Assembly (NCBI GenBank): GCA_965285935.1
Contig: OZ260663.1
Location: 50,840,001 to 50,904,000 of the forward strand
DNA: 64,000 nt
DNA from: Ophelia neglecta
Lineage: Eukaryota
Reading direction: 5' to 3'
The position numbers were made by a program, and so were the translations under genes. Shown here in pieces: positions 1-13,945 of this stretch. Each line of letters starts with the position of its first letter. Position 1 is the first letter of the stretch. The notes below the pieces were generated by a model. That model ran no database searches. It saw only the letters and a list, made by a program, of their open reading frames with translations, and had not been told where the DNA came from.

Positions 1-1309
1 TCATAATTGTGTGTTTCTTTCTTCCTTTTGCTACGCATCGATATAAGCAAGATAGGTAGAGCACATAAATAGATAGGTGTCTTAAAGTCGGCATGCAATG
101 ACACATGATGTCGGTATAGAAACTTATTGATCGATCATAATGCATGTACGTGTTTCAACTCGAGTAAAACATAAGTCAAGTCAAACGGACTAGCTTATAT
201 ATCAACACAGGACCAGGCCATTATAAACATATGTAAACGTAAAACCTAGCAATAAAATAGGTAAATGATGTTGATAAACCGAGGCAGGGCTGCCAAGTTT
301 TTAACTCGTCCCAGAACAGGATCGAATTTAAAATAGTTACGCTCATCGAAAATAGTTTTGAAACACAATATAGACCGCTCTTGGATTATAATTATAATCT
401 CCCTGATTTTGCAATGATGTCAACAGAAATCCTGTTGGTCAATCATGATTAGATTTGTAGGTATGGATTAGGGCCCGGTCATCAGGAGTCTGACTGTGGT
501 AATGTAATTAGCTACTTCAACATTTTGATGAACGCTAAACGTAAATATTATGTCCAGGGTCATTTGAGCTATTCAGGGCATATAGGGCATCCATCATTAT
601 AACAACGTAATGAAGTTTCAGCAACCATATATAGGCCTATATATAATATAGATATATGTTGCATTTTCTAAAGGAAGTAAATAAATAGGCCATTTCTATC
701 ATATGTACAGACGCGATAATAAATGTCCGGTCACTCAGGTGTATGTAAATCCCGCGTACACGTGCAGGTTGATTCTTGTCTGTTTATTTAATAGGCTAGT
801 TTCAACACATAGTTTTTTACTGCACGAGGAAACTCGGTCATATAAAAACACACGAGTTTTTTAAATTACTTTCATAAATTAAAACCATAACCAAATCGAT
901 AAGGCGACCAAGTTTGATGTGTAGATCTATATCACTGCATATTTAGTATATATCTATTGGATCGATATTAACAGCGCATAACGCATCTAGACAACATTCC
1001 TTAACAATAAACTGCCATAAAAAGTCGGGAGCTTAATTTAAATATGCATATCGATTTTTGCGTGCAGAAAAACCCCAGACAAATACATGGGAAAACATTT
1101 CTTAAACACTATGGGCTCTTAACACGCTGTTAAGGGTGTATACTGGCTCTTGCGTAGGCCTATACCCCGACACATCTATAACTACACAGAATCTATTATG
1201 CACGCCAGTAAAGAAGAAAGACAACACCCAGGACTGTCTATGATGCTGTTTTACATTGTAAATTGCTTATATCTCAGTGTGTTAATATGAATGCATTCGA
1301 GATTCTTAC

Positions 1310-1583
1310 CTTAACAGCTGTGAAGCCAAATTAACCAAATATCCGAACCTGGCTGTCGTTAATGAAGAGCAGATTTAGCTATTACCCGGCCCTATTACCT
1401 GTCTGACGGATTGTAGCGTGACGGATCTGGAGAAATGATCTTGCCTTCTATGGCGAGCAGCAGAGAGCGCTATCCAATGGAAATCTAACCTAAAAGCACT
1501 TAAAGGTGTTTACAGAGTCACCAAATAGTAAACATGTTAATACGGGGCGTTATGATTGGTTGAGCAACAGACTAGCTGCCAAT
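1310..1583 (-). promoter_or_regulatory. Possible promoter and non-coding first exon of a gene running leftwards out of the window
   Basis: Minus-strand donor AAG|gtaaga at 1310/1309; three CCAAT/ATTGG boxes at ~1474, ~1555, ~1579. No coding sequence recognised. Confidence 0.3.
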
Positions 1584-3194
1584 GTGTTTTATTCATTAAT
1601 ACTCAAATTAATCGAGGGACTGGTTTTTAGACATTAAACATGCACGTAGCTGCCAAGAAGCGTTGCACTGCAATGGTGGATTATTTAGAGTAAAACAGTA
1701 ATACTCAGTGTTGTATAAAGAAACTCGGGTGTGCCTCCAAAATCGATTTCCTTAACACTCTGGTTTATTTATCATTAGGCGTCCCTGACAACGATGGTTT
1801 CCACGTAAATGTTTACCGCCGCCACAAACATGCCTAGTCAGAATGCAATTTATAGATCAAGAGCTGTTTTATGGCAGATAAGCAAATATAGACCTGAATT
1901 GCGCATGAGCGTTTCAAGGCAATATCGGCCAGAGACCCGAGGGGCCAGACCAAACGAACTTGGAAACATCTGAACCTCACATGGTCAACATACTGGGCCA
2001 GTCTCATGGATATATAAAGAATATACCTGCGCTGTCCAGGGATATTGCATAAATATTGCCAATACACGCATTAAAAACTTATAGGGCCAGGGGTAGCTCG
2101 GAATAGTGTATTTAACTCTTGGAAAGCCGCTCTTTAAATGAAGCAACATTTAAATATTTGTGTTGGCAAACCGAGTACCTACACAAACAAAATTACTTCA
2201 ACAATCTATAATTGAGATTTGTTCATTTTCACTCAACTTTAATACAGTGTGATGTATGAGAAATTACACACTATAGGCTAGGCCTATATAGATGCACATA
2301 CAAGCATATAGATGTATATAAGTTAAGCTAAGCCTTGTCCGCCAAGTAACGTTATCTTAATAACAACGACAATAACAAGGACAATGTGTTATAGGCTTAA
2401 ATGTAAACTACAATAGGCCTACTGGCGGGATGATGGGTAAAGTAAGTGCGAAGAAAAGAAATGAAATTATCGGTGTCCATACTGATATTTAACGTTATAA
2501 GCTACCTATAATTATATACAAATCATAGAAAGGTTGTTCAATGTAAATAGGATAAGGTAATAATTAAATGTAATGAGATAAATACATTTGCGTATAGCTG
2601 GGGTCACACCCATTCATTGAGCAGCTTCTTTAAAATTTAGTTTTCAAAGTCTTCAAAAAAGCTGAGACGCAAATTTGACATCCTTTACGAGTAAATAACT
2701 ACTATCACAATCATCTCAACAACTGAAACTCACCGGCGTTTAAGTGCCATATAGGCCTAGTCTTCATACAATTATTCTTGTTATCGATAAATAGTCGTGT
2801 TTTTCGATAGGCGATAAATTGGCGAAATAGTAAAATGCGAACGAAATATCGTGTTTTAAATTTAATTCAATTGCAGCATTTCATTGGCACACCTCTATCT
2901 AATGGTTTTTTAAACCTCGTTCCTAAGGCTCCCACAGATAATGACCACTCCCAATACGGACGTTTTTTATATCAAAGGTCATTATGGAAAAAAAACTGAA
3001 TCAATGCCTCTGCGGGTGGTTTTTACGTTTAAGAATAAGCGCGCTCCGGCATGCCGAACTTACTGACAAAAAGTGCCTATACTTCGGTCATATGCAGTAG
3101 GCTAAGCAATTTTTTTCAACCAGACGTTTATCTCTATCTTGTAGACAACAGACCTACAGATTTTGACTTTGGCCTCTTTGTCACGGCCATAGTG

Positions 3195-3757
3195 ACTCCC
3201 AGTTTCTCGGCTGTCTACTCCCAGCCTCTGGGCTATCTACTCCCAGCCTCTGGGCTGTCTACTCCCAGCCTCTGGGCTGTCTACTCCCAGCCTCTGGACT
3301 GTCTACTCCCAGCTTCTCGGCTGTCTACTCCCAGCCTCTGGACTGTCTACTCCCAGCGTCTGGACTGTCTCCTCCCAGCCTCTGGTCTGTCTACTCCCAG
3401 CCTCTGGACTGTCTACTCCCAGCCTCTGGACTGTCTACTCCCAGCGTCTGGACTGTCTCCTCCCAGCCTCTGGGCTGTCTACTCCCAGCTTCTCGGCTGT
3501 CTACTCCCAGCCTCTGGACTGTCTACTCCCAGCTTCTCGGCTGTCTACTCCCAGCCTCTGGACTGTCTACTCCCAGCTTCTCGGCTGTCTACTCCCAGCC
3601 TCTGGGCTGTCTACTCCCAGCCTCTGGGCTGTCTACTCCCAGCCTCTGGCCTGTCTACTCCCAGCCTCTGGGCTGTCTACTCCCAGCTTCTCGGCTGTCT
3701 ACTCCCAGCCTCTGGACTGTCTACTCCCAGCGTCTGGACTGTCTCCTCCCAGCCTCT
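3195..3757. repeat. 22-bp minisatellite, about 25 copies
   Basis: Head-to-tail units of (g/a)ctgtctactcccagcctctgg, with recurring variants ending ...cagcttctcgg and ...cagcgtctgg; no spacers. Confidence 0.97.
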
Positions 3758-4472
3758 GCACAGGTCAATGGATAGATAGGTCAGTTGGATCATTTGATCC
3801 ACCCATGATATCTCAAAGTGACCAGAGATGTATACACTAAGAACTAAATGTATTCTATACCAAGTACAGGATATGTTGTACACTAGCTGTATACATTCTG
3901 ATATAACAAATCAATTTATATTTGGGAGAGAAACTGTGCATCCTATATTTATCTTTTTACGCACATATCTGCTTCTACCTATATGCCTAGCCTTACATCT
4001 CAGGCTCCTTTTCCCTTCTTTAAACTAATAAAATTTAATCTTAGACTAGACTCTATGTTTATTGTATTTGATGATTTTTATTCTTGATATAGGGCATTCC
4101 GTTTATTGAATATTAGCCGACTGCAACCCATAGCGCTGTCTATTTATCTAATTACAGTGTCTAGTAGGCCGCGTCATCATGAGAATCATTGTAATTTTAT
4201 AAGGAGGTGAAGAGAAGCATAAAGTTTTTGTAATTACATTTATTAAATTCTTTTTCATTCTGACATTGAGTTACAATTAATTGACAATAATTGTACATAT
4301 AAAAATTCAGTTACATGATACTTTTGTATATTTAAAAGAAGGCAGCAATTAAATATACCGGGGTAACAATTTAATGCAGGTTTTAATTGTGCTTGGGCAA
4401 TCCTGTATTGCAAAATGGAGAACAGTTCCATGAATTAACTGAGCACTGGAGAGCCATATCTGTTTTTTCCTG

Positions 4473-7400
4473 TTATACAGTACCAGCACTAGTTTGCTCC
4501 AATCTGAAAATTAAAGAAATCAAGAATCTAAGACCTGCCAAATTACATTCATCCTAGCACTTGACTCCAAAACAAAACTATTTCCTACTAACTGAAAATG
4601 GATTAAAGATTGGCTAACAACTATTGATTCCTTTTTAATTTTTCACTCCTGGTAGGCCTAAATTACTGGCTATAAAGGTATGTACCTTAATTCTTGTTCT
4701 TGTACTATGGCTTTGATGTCTTTTAAGTCAGGGATACGCCCAAAATAGGACAGGACTCGTAGGTATAGAAGTCCTAGCCACATCTTCCAGCTCTCAGTCC
4801 TACAAATGGATTTAAATATCAGTTTAATAGTAACAAGACCTAGTTTATAATGAGATTTAACCTAATCTAAACAAACCTGTATGCTCTTTGAAAAGTAAAC
4901 ATCCGATTTACACATTATTGTCAGATGAGTAACTGATGCCAAATTTGACCGAATGTTTTGCATTTTCCTAGGATTCATGACATTTGAAAACTGAGCACAG
5001 ATGCAACTTTAATAGTTTGTTTCACATGAACAGGATTCTAATAAAAAATAACACTGGCAGCATTTCTCATTATTTTGAGGCTTGCCACAAAGGACATGGT
5101 ACCTGCAGTCACCATACTCAGTGGTGGACATGTGAATAAGTGGGACATACTGTGCTTTAAAAATGTCCTAGGCTGTATAATTGGCACTATAATACACAGG
5201 GTTTTGATCAGTCGAAATCTAATGTATGGGAAAATCAGAGTAACCTAACAATTAAACATACAAATTAAATATTTCAATGATAACATGTTAAAAGTCTGTG
5301 ATTAGTGAAAATTTACCTCAGCCTATAGTCAAACAAGACCCGCTCCCAAACAGACAAAAAGAAGCCACCCAGTCCAACCCGAGCTTCTGCTTTGTGGGCT
5401 CCACCAATGGCACTGAAAGACGAATAATGGACAGTTACTCAAATGGGTGAGGCATGCTTATAAGACAGGTTCTTGATTAAATGGATAATACACCTCTAGA
5501 ATTATGATATTGGAATACTGGAATAACTACAAGACTACTTTGTTACATATTCATCAGCAAGAATTCTTTACAGATATAACAGTTTGTGCCCTGGCTACTT
5601 GGTTAAGTGATGATCGTGACATTTTATTTCTGTGATTCATTCCCAAATTGAGTACATGTTATTTCAAATAGTATCATGTTTAATATTAAACAGAAAGAAG
5701 CAGCCAGGATTCAACATTACCTTCTGGCCATAATTGAGTAGCGGTCAACTGGATGCCCATGAATTCGATTAATTGCTCGAATTGTGTTTAAATTTCTGTG
5801 AAATATAATACATACTTAAATACTGACAGACGGAAAATTACACTTATAGATACAAATTCATTAAAATAAGAATTAACATTATGAACAAATTAAAAAGTTG
5901 TTAATATTTAATTAATTACTTGTGTAGTATTGAATCTGCACTGATCAATCTGCATTAGACAGTTTTATAATTTTAAGACTATATTGATGATGATGAAACT
6001 AATTAAAAGAATATGATTTGTCACAGAGAGAGGAGTGGCTGGACACAGAAGGAGTGCAAGAACCAACAAGAATCAGGCAATATATATTATACAACTGAAC
6101 TGGTTAAAAAAAAAACTTCAATTGTCATGAAATCTATGTCCAACTAAGCCAAGCATTTTTTTTGCTGCCATAAGAGCACTATATTCTTTCAAGCAAGAGC
6201 TGTGAGAGACCTTTGCAGCAATACTTCACATAAAAATTGCTAAAAGGTGTTGTAAACTGCTTCCAATTACAGAACCAATAACATAAGAATCACATAATTT
6301 GGAATATATTAGGACTTGTTATCTTAAAATTTATTTCTATGGGCACTGGCCTTTCCTTGGGCCACACTCATCTTAACCAGCTTTAAAGAAAGTGGTTGAG
6401 ACAAGTGTAGTCATCCTGGAAAGAGAAAAATACCTTTGTTTTCTTTTATACATTTAGAGATGTAAGTTAAGTGAGTGCTGTATAAAAATTGAAAGCAATT
6501 GTTAGTACAAGGTTTATTGCCTAAACAGTGACCAGGGTAGTATTTAATAACAGATACATTGTAGGAGTAAACACAGATACAAACAAGTACATGTACCTGC
6601 ACATGAGGTAGCAACAGGCTGCCCAAAACATTGCTTAAAGGCACACAATCTTTCGTTTCATTGGAATATGGCATTTTTTTACCTACTGCTTTTTCTGCAG
6701 TTGTATGTGTAGCTAACCTGTGGTTTGACAGGTTTCTGACATTAAGTGTTTTTTTCTGCTTATTTAGCATGTTAATTGACTGCTACAAAAGCTCACTCCA
6801 AGCAGACCCCATTTCTGACCATCAGTGTGATCCATCGCTGGTGATAGATCGATTCAGTCAGGTATATCCGACTTTGAAAAGGACAGTCAGGTTTTGCCAA
6901 TTTCATGTAGTGTGCACTGGTGTGTTCAGCTTCTAGCATGTTTGGATAGGCCTAGATATGGCAAATTCTCATTTTGGCTAGATACAAGACACAGAGCAGT
7001 GGTGCAGTATTGGGAAAGTACTGGGCCTGGAGGGTAAAATTCTAATATGAATGCCCTTAAAACAATTGGCCCCAGGCCTACAGGCCATGCTTATTTCTAT
7101 CCCTGCAGTTTGGCAGCTTTTATAAATGATGGCCTCTGAAATTGAGACATATAGTTCTTTTAATAAGCACTTCGGGCATGCTGCTCATTGATTACTTCAA
7201 GACTATTACTACTTTACGCCAAAGATTATGATTATATCTTTACAATACAGTACATTTTTTATTAAACTCTAGATTGAGTGCCTTTAATGGTTAGTGCATG
7301 GCTTGTCAGGAGTGGGATAGGCAACACAACAGAAGAAACCAAATTGATATCCCCCCCCCCCCAATTCCCGGAAGGGGGCATAATAGGATTAAGTTTTCTT

Positions 7401-10400
7401 TGCAAAATTCATAAATTATGCACATACCTAATCATAAGTAGCATTGATCTGGGCATTTCTTTTAATACTACCATGATCTTATCAAAATGTTGACTAGCCA
7501 TAACACGCATGTGCTCAAGGTCTTTATCAGTCATTCTGCTTGGCAAGTGAATGGTTTTGCGATGTAAGGGCCGCTGCACCAGAATTTGACAGAATATACT
7601 TGAATCTGAAATTCAGAGATGATCCATCACGAGTTGTGACCCACATAGTTCTATGTACAACAGATAGAAAGTGATCCTTGTTGGCTCCCAGGTCTGTCAG
7701 GAGTGGCCGGAATTCAGTCTGTGTCTATCACGGAGGGTGGGGAGAGTTTATAGAATCCTAATGGCACCGGAACTGGCTTTTAAATTATGTCCTGAATGAC
7801 CATGTTTAACTTCATATCACTCATATTTTTGAAAGATACTGCAGCAAAATAGTTTCATTATATATGTAATTGTAAATTATTACTAGACCCAACATGAACC
7901 TACAGTGTTTAAACCCATGAAGTTGGTCGATCGAATGAAAGGACATACATGTACATGTGTGGTTAATAAAGGAGATCTGATGGGATTAGTATGGTAAGGC
8001 AATGATAAGAACATGGTCTCCAAGTGATGTCACTCCGGTGGTGTGAGTCAGGTGACCTTACCTAAAAATCAATAACAGAGGAGATGGCATTGATTTTAAA
8101 ACACTCATGAAGCCTTCATGTATGTCTGTCACTAAAATCCTAAATTTGTCCTTCTCTTCCTCGCTAAGATTTTTCCAATCAGCTCGGTTTATACGTTTGA
8201 TAATCGGCCTGGGATAGCTAGCACATTTCACTCTGTTTTGTATCATCATACAACTAAACAGGTACCATTCTACAGACAAGAAAAATGCAGAAAGAAAATA
8301 TCAGCTGAAATTTGGTTAAATCAGGAATAAATGTATGACAATGAAACAGGAGGTATGGCTAAGGGAAGAATTCTGTGGGCAAAACTAAAGTAAATTGGAA
8401 CTGGACTAGGCAACCATGGGAGATGTTCCTCTTTCCGGTGAAGCACTGAGTAGGTCTACTGACTGTCGCATCAGGAGAAGCCAGATTTCTCAACTGTGAC
8501 AATAGATGTACAGAGACATACTTTGATCATACCCCGCATACATGACCGCTGACTAAAATATTTATTGGATCGGTCGATATAATTCAACCTGACAACTTAG
8601 CGCTTTAGAGATTCTCGTTCCAAGTTGTACAGCTTGGTAGTTTTAATATCTTAGGCTTGGCTGTAAATAGTATGTCCGCATTTGTCCATCACTTTAAAGA
8701 TGTCATATTATACTTACTTTTTTAAAATATAGGATCATAATTATGTTGTTTCAAGCACGATTGTCATATTTAATACCATCACTTCTGATTACTTCATTCA
8801 CAGACCTGCTGGTATTCTGCAGAAAGTCCCATTCCAAACATGTATTGGACATAGCAATTCATTAAAAATTCTCACAACCATCCTAGTATTTTGCTACTGT
8901 TTCTGTCCTAGTGGCTAACAAGAGGTAGACAAGGTTTTTGCCTACATAGCTTCCTTTTATTAAACTTCATTGAGTGTGCATCAGACTGTTTATTTATCAG
9001 AGCATGCTTATTGCAACATATAAGCTCAGGAGTCTACACTAACTTTTCTCAGCACTTGCCCTGAGGGAAAGTAGCACCAGGAAACTACTTCCCCGCACCA
9101 TAGGCTTACTGTTCCAAAAATATTTGTACATATATTATATACAAGATATCCAACAATCGGCAATTTGGGGAATTTTAGCAGGTTGCCCGGCAGGAAGTTA
9201 GTAACTAAAACCTTTGTGCCCGCAAGCAGATTTGAGGTGCCCCGGGACGTCGGGCAATAAGAAGTGTAGGCCCCTGAAGCTGGCTGGTGTGCATTTGTCA
9301 AATATGAGACTAATCCTACTGGTAGATCCATTTTCATTGAAATTAGGTTTAAAAAGTATATCTGGCAATGATTTTATTTTGACCTGAATGTCCCTCTCTT
9401 TACTTCTCTTTTATTTGGTTTACCCAACTGGCCCTAATTTTTTTTTTCATTCCAGACTTTCTAAGAGATTAATAATGATCATATAATTATCAATGGGCAA
9501 AAAGGCTATACATATAAATGGCAAGGATCAATATTCCTTAGATTGTAGGATTCAAAGTTATAGACAACATTTTTCATCATAGGCTCTTCACTTACCCTCA
9601 ACACCTAACTGATTTGAGAATAGTTTCATGCCATCTTCATCCCTCAGTATGATTGATTTGTATAGTCTACATAAATTCATTCTGTCTTGCGGTTTTAAGA
9701 AGTCGTAAAGGCCATGATCTAATAGCACCAATTCTGCTTTACTGTCCTTGCCTTTCCTTATATATACTGCAAGATATATATAATTAACATTAACGATTAA
9801 CATGCAAAATGATTCAATACCCTATTCATAATAGATAATAAGTTTTGTTAGTTAGTTGTGTCTGTACTCACCGTTACCCGGATGAGGATCAGCATGGACA
9901 AACCCTGTGTGAAAAATCTGGTGAGAAAAACATTCGACTAGCTTGTGATCTACCTACAATGACAAAAATTCACATAACTACTACAATTTGTGCATAAATT
10001 GTTTTTTGAGCAGCACCTGTTTATTTTTCAGATAAAAGCTGTCACAACAAACAAAAATACATTATATCCCTCCATTTTTCTTTAAAATGGTTAAGGTAAA
10101 ACATTAATTAATAAATAAGTGTAGTACAAAAACAGTATTAATGACAGAATTCCTTTAAGGTGCATTAAGGTATATTAATAGTGGGCAGTAGTTACCAGAT
10201 TATTTAACATGTATATTACTAAAGTTCATGTAGTGGAGCATGATGTGGCTACTAACTATGCCATATGCTACTTTTTGTTCCATAGGCTGCTTATAAATGC
10301 CCTTTCTCTCTCCAAATGGAGCATGAAAGTACAAGATTTATAGATGTGGATGCAAGGCATAGACACACATCTATTATGCTGTAACATTTCAACTGACTTA

Positions 10401-13400
10401 CATCTGACAAAGAAAGTCCCATCTTCTGAATGGACGGAATGTCACTAATCTTACAACCATCAATATACTCTGTTGTCAAGACACGCTGAAAATGTCAAAG
10501 CAATAGTTTCAACATCTTATTCCTAAGATATTACCTCTAATATCCGGTCTAACTAAAACTAATTAAATTTATAGCTGTGTGAATTATTACAGGCTAAATA
10601 AAAATTATTATTATTGGATAGCCAGATTTTCAAAGTCTTCACAAAAGATTTTCAATAAGGTTGGCCAGTTATTGCAGGTTAAAATTAAACATTATAAAAC
10701 TGAAGTGTAAAAATATTTCCATTAATGATAGCATATGCGGTTGAGCTCTTATTGCAAAAGTTCTTTCACGTTCTTCTATAAATGATCATGTTTATTTGAC
10801 AGAATTTGCATTTAAAGAAGTTTTTCAAGACTGACAGTGGCTTTTAAATTTCCTTCTAACAACCAAGTGTCTATACATTAACAAAAGTAAACACTTCTTT
10901 TTACCTTACTTGTCTTATCCCAGAATATTTTTGGCACATAGACATAATTTAAATGTTTTAATTCCCTATAACATCGTTCTCCATTGCGGCCTTCCTGCTC
11001 AAAGTCCAGTTCCTGGGCTAGTGTTCCTTTCAAATCCTATGAAATGATTACAAACATATAAAATCACAATGGAAACTGTACAAACACCTCCAACAGTCCT
11101 TTACTTTAATACAGCCAGACAACAATTTCCCAAACCAAAGAAAATACAGGTGACTGTTATAATACAGTGGTCCCTGTGATGTAGGGCCCCTTTGATAAAA
11201 GGTCACCTGGGATGGCAGGACTTTTTTTTTAATTCCTTTGTCCTATCTTTTCTATGTTAAAGTACCTCTGATGAAGGGCCACCTGTAATGTAGGGCCACT
11301 TTTCCTTGGATATAGGGGTGGCCTTACATCGCAGGGACCACTGTACTACCAAATGGTGTTACAGCTATATATTATAGTATGTTTAGACATGAATCTTTAT
11401 TAATCTCACCTTTAATACCCATTTGAATCCAAATTTAGGATGAACCCATTCTATCAATTCAAGCATAATTTCAATTGTCCTAATGTCACCAGCAAATCTG
11501 TCTCTTAAATCAATATACTGGACCTAAAAAAGGAATAACACCATATACTGGACCTAAATAACAGCCAACAGAAAAGTTCATGGTAACTGCTTGTTATGTA
11601 TAACAATTATTCCAAGATGTTATAAAGTGCATCCCCCCCCCCCCCCCCCACTATTACATAGGTGAGTTTTTTTATTAACTCAGGATGTGAAAACAGATCC
11701 CTTTTCTCAGAAACTGCCTGTTAAAGCTTTTTACGTCTGGTTTATACCTTGACTGCTACTTGCTGCCCGTCTTCAGTGATGGCCCGGTGAACTTGAGCAA
11801 GACTAGCTGCCGCAATGGGCTCTTCTTCAAACTCTTTGAATACATCTGTCGGCTTTAGACCAAAGTCTTCCTTAAATAACTGCTCAATCTAAGAAGAAAT
11901 CATAACACAAATTACTGTAATGCAACAAAAATTGTTGAGCCAAAATTAGTTAATATATTGCTGGGTGAATTAATATGGGAAAAATCACAACTGCTATCAC
12001 TTGAACAACTAGTTTTTTTAATGTCTCTATAATATATCACAAATGGACTACTTATTAAAGGCAAAATCAGTAACTTGTATACATAAAACAGAAGTGGGGA
12101 CAAATAATTAGAGGTATTATGGGGGTGCTGTTTGTAAGTAGCTTCTCTACTTTATATTTATTGCTGCTTTAAGATAAAAAAAAGCACCAGAGTAACATGA
12201 GAAGTATGTCTCAATCTTCAAACATCAAGTAGGTAGTTCCAGAAATCAGGGCATTCATTTACAGTTAACATGGCATATTTTATAATGCTAATCGGTAGAA
12301 GATCAGTTGATACCTCATTAAGCCTCCTGGTCAGGGCCCTGTCTTGTAATACCTCGAGGGTTTTGAGATATTCTGTAGGTAGTATATGGTTCATGGAAAC
12401 CAGTCCTTGGCCAAGCTTGATATACAGTCCTCCATTTTTCAGACAGCCTTCCAATATTCTTTCAGCCGATCTTTTGTGACAACCAGATATCTTATCATTG
12501 TATTCACCTTCCTGGTGAAAATGGAGTCATAACAAAAGCATGTTAATAAAATGATACATGATAATTAACCCTGTTAATGTACATGTTAGTATTGTGCAAT
12601 GAACTTATTTATGAAGAAATTAAGACTAGCCAACCAAAACTATAATTCTTGTTCGACTGATGAGATGGCTTAACAAAGGTCACTTCATTTTTACGTAACA
12701 GATGACAAATGTTCACAGCAAAGGTACTGAATTTCTTTGAATGGAATCTTGCAACTGGATGTTACCTCAAATATCAACAAAATGGTCTGTAAATATAGTT
12801 TTTTCAATGCTAAATGTCGTATACTGTACATGTACTGTACATGTATTTGACCTATGTATAGTGTTATGTATTGGGTATTGGTTCAGAGTACAAGCCATAT
12901 TAACCGTATTAAATCAATTATATGGGTATGCTTCTACAATATCCATTACACATTTTAAACATCAAAGGGATCCCAGCATTGTTAAAACCTTTTGACTTCA
13001 TCCTCAGTACTAGTCATGATAGTATAATTATACAAAATCCTTATATTTCAAGCATATATTATCAGTATATTAGAATTACAACTCACATCTTCTACTCCCC
13101 ATAATGTCCATTTATAGTCGGCAGAGATCAATGCTCCAATAATAAAAGACCTGGCAAAAAAAAGGCAGTACGTATATATCAAATATAAATATACAGATCA
13201 CATAAAATAATAACCATCACAGTGGTAGGGTGACAATGGTGACTGTACAACAAGTCAAAAATGCCAAATTATGAGTCACACAATTCATTCCAAACTACAA
13301 TGATTATTGGTTTGCCTGGTCATATAAACAGCAATTATTGCAATGAATTTTAAACATTTCTCAGTAGTTTCATGAGTATACCAGTCACTTGGCAAGATAG

Positions 13401-13945
13401 TAACTAAAATATATTGACTTGCATCATATATTGTAGGTAATATGCTATCATTAATGTTAGGTTTCCAAAATTAAAATGAAATGTGAGCCTTTTTTACCTC
13501 ATAAAACGGATGGATCCTTCTACTGTCACTCGTATTTTTCTCTTCTCAGCTGTATTCAAAGAGAGGAAGTAGCCGGCAGCGCCTACAGATGGCAGGCCTA
13601 TAAAGTACAGGTATTTCTTCTTGTACCATTGCTTTCCTGGAGAGGGTTTCACTTCAGACGCTATGTGTCTTCTACTACTTTGAATGAACCCCCTATGACC
13701 ATTTGTCCGCTGAGAAAAAGTTCTGGCAAGTCCAATTGCTTGTTTCTGAAGAAAAAAAATTATGTTCAGCATTATAGCTGCATTTTAAGATTTATATAGG
13801 CTTTCTTCCATTAGCCAAATTTAGTTAAACCCTGAAAACATTGTACATTATATCATCACATGAGCATGACTGCAAGCTACACCAAAAGGAAGCAACCAGT
13901 CATCCCTTTCATCATATTACTTACTCGTATCAGGGTTTTGGTCAT
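4473..13945 (-). CDS. ADCK5: aarF domain-containing kinase 5 (ABC1/UbiB atypical kinase), multi-exon
   Basis: Phase-consistent GT-AG exons: 13925-13945 (MTKTLIR), 13498-13745, 13087-13150, 12314-12511, 11748-11888, 11410-11523, 10905-11036, 10402-10485, 9872-9953, 9596-9766, [8062-8269 or 7428-7605], 5721-5795, 5317-5412, 4686-4799, 4473-4503 (TAA). UbiB motifs: [55 protein letters not shown]. The C-terminal [18 protein letters not shown] is ADCK5-like. Arg-rich N-terminus suggests mitochondrial targeting. AATAAA on the minus strand at 4239-4244. Confidence 0.9.
7428..7605 (-). CDS. ADCK5: ADCK5 alternative exon B (duplicated, putatively mutually exclusive)
   Basis: 178 nt, ag|..|gtatgt, phase 1 in and phase 2 out; encodes [60 protein letters not shown]. 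Confidence 0.85.
8062..8269 (-). CDS. ADCK5: ADCK5 alternative exon A (duplicated, putatively mutually exclusive)
   Basis: 208 nt, ag|..|gtaagg, phase 1 in and phase 2 out; encodes [18 protein letters not shown]...[20 protein letters not shown]. Confidence 0.8.
11165..11343. mobile_element. Tc1/mariner-type MITE (family A), copy 1
   Basis: TIRs cagtggtccctg(t/c)gatgta...tacatcgcagggaccactg flanked by TA on both sides; a second copy lies inverted at 30716-30893. Confidence 0.85.

Noticed and set aside
3195-3757. CRISPR-like array
   Set aside because: Units are contiguous with no unique spacers, there are no cas genes, and the DNA is eukaryotic. The same applies to the 35-bp array at 51640-52210.
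3051-3779. 242-aa ORF with repeated LLPASGLSTPSLW motifs
   Set aside because: It is a by-product of the stop-free 22-bp minisatellite; no domain or splice context.
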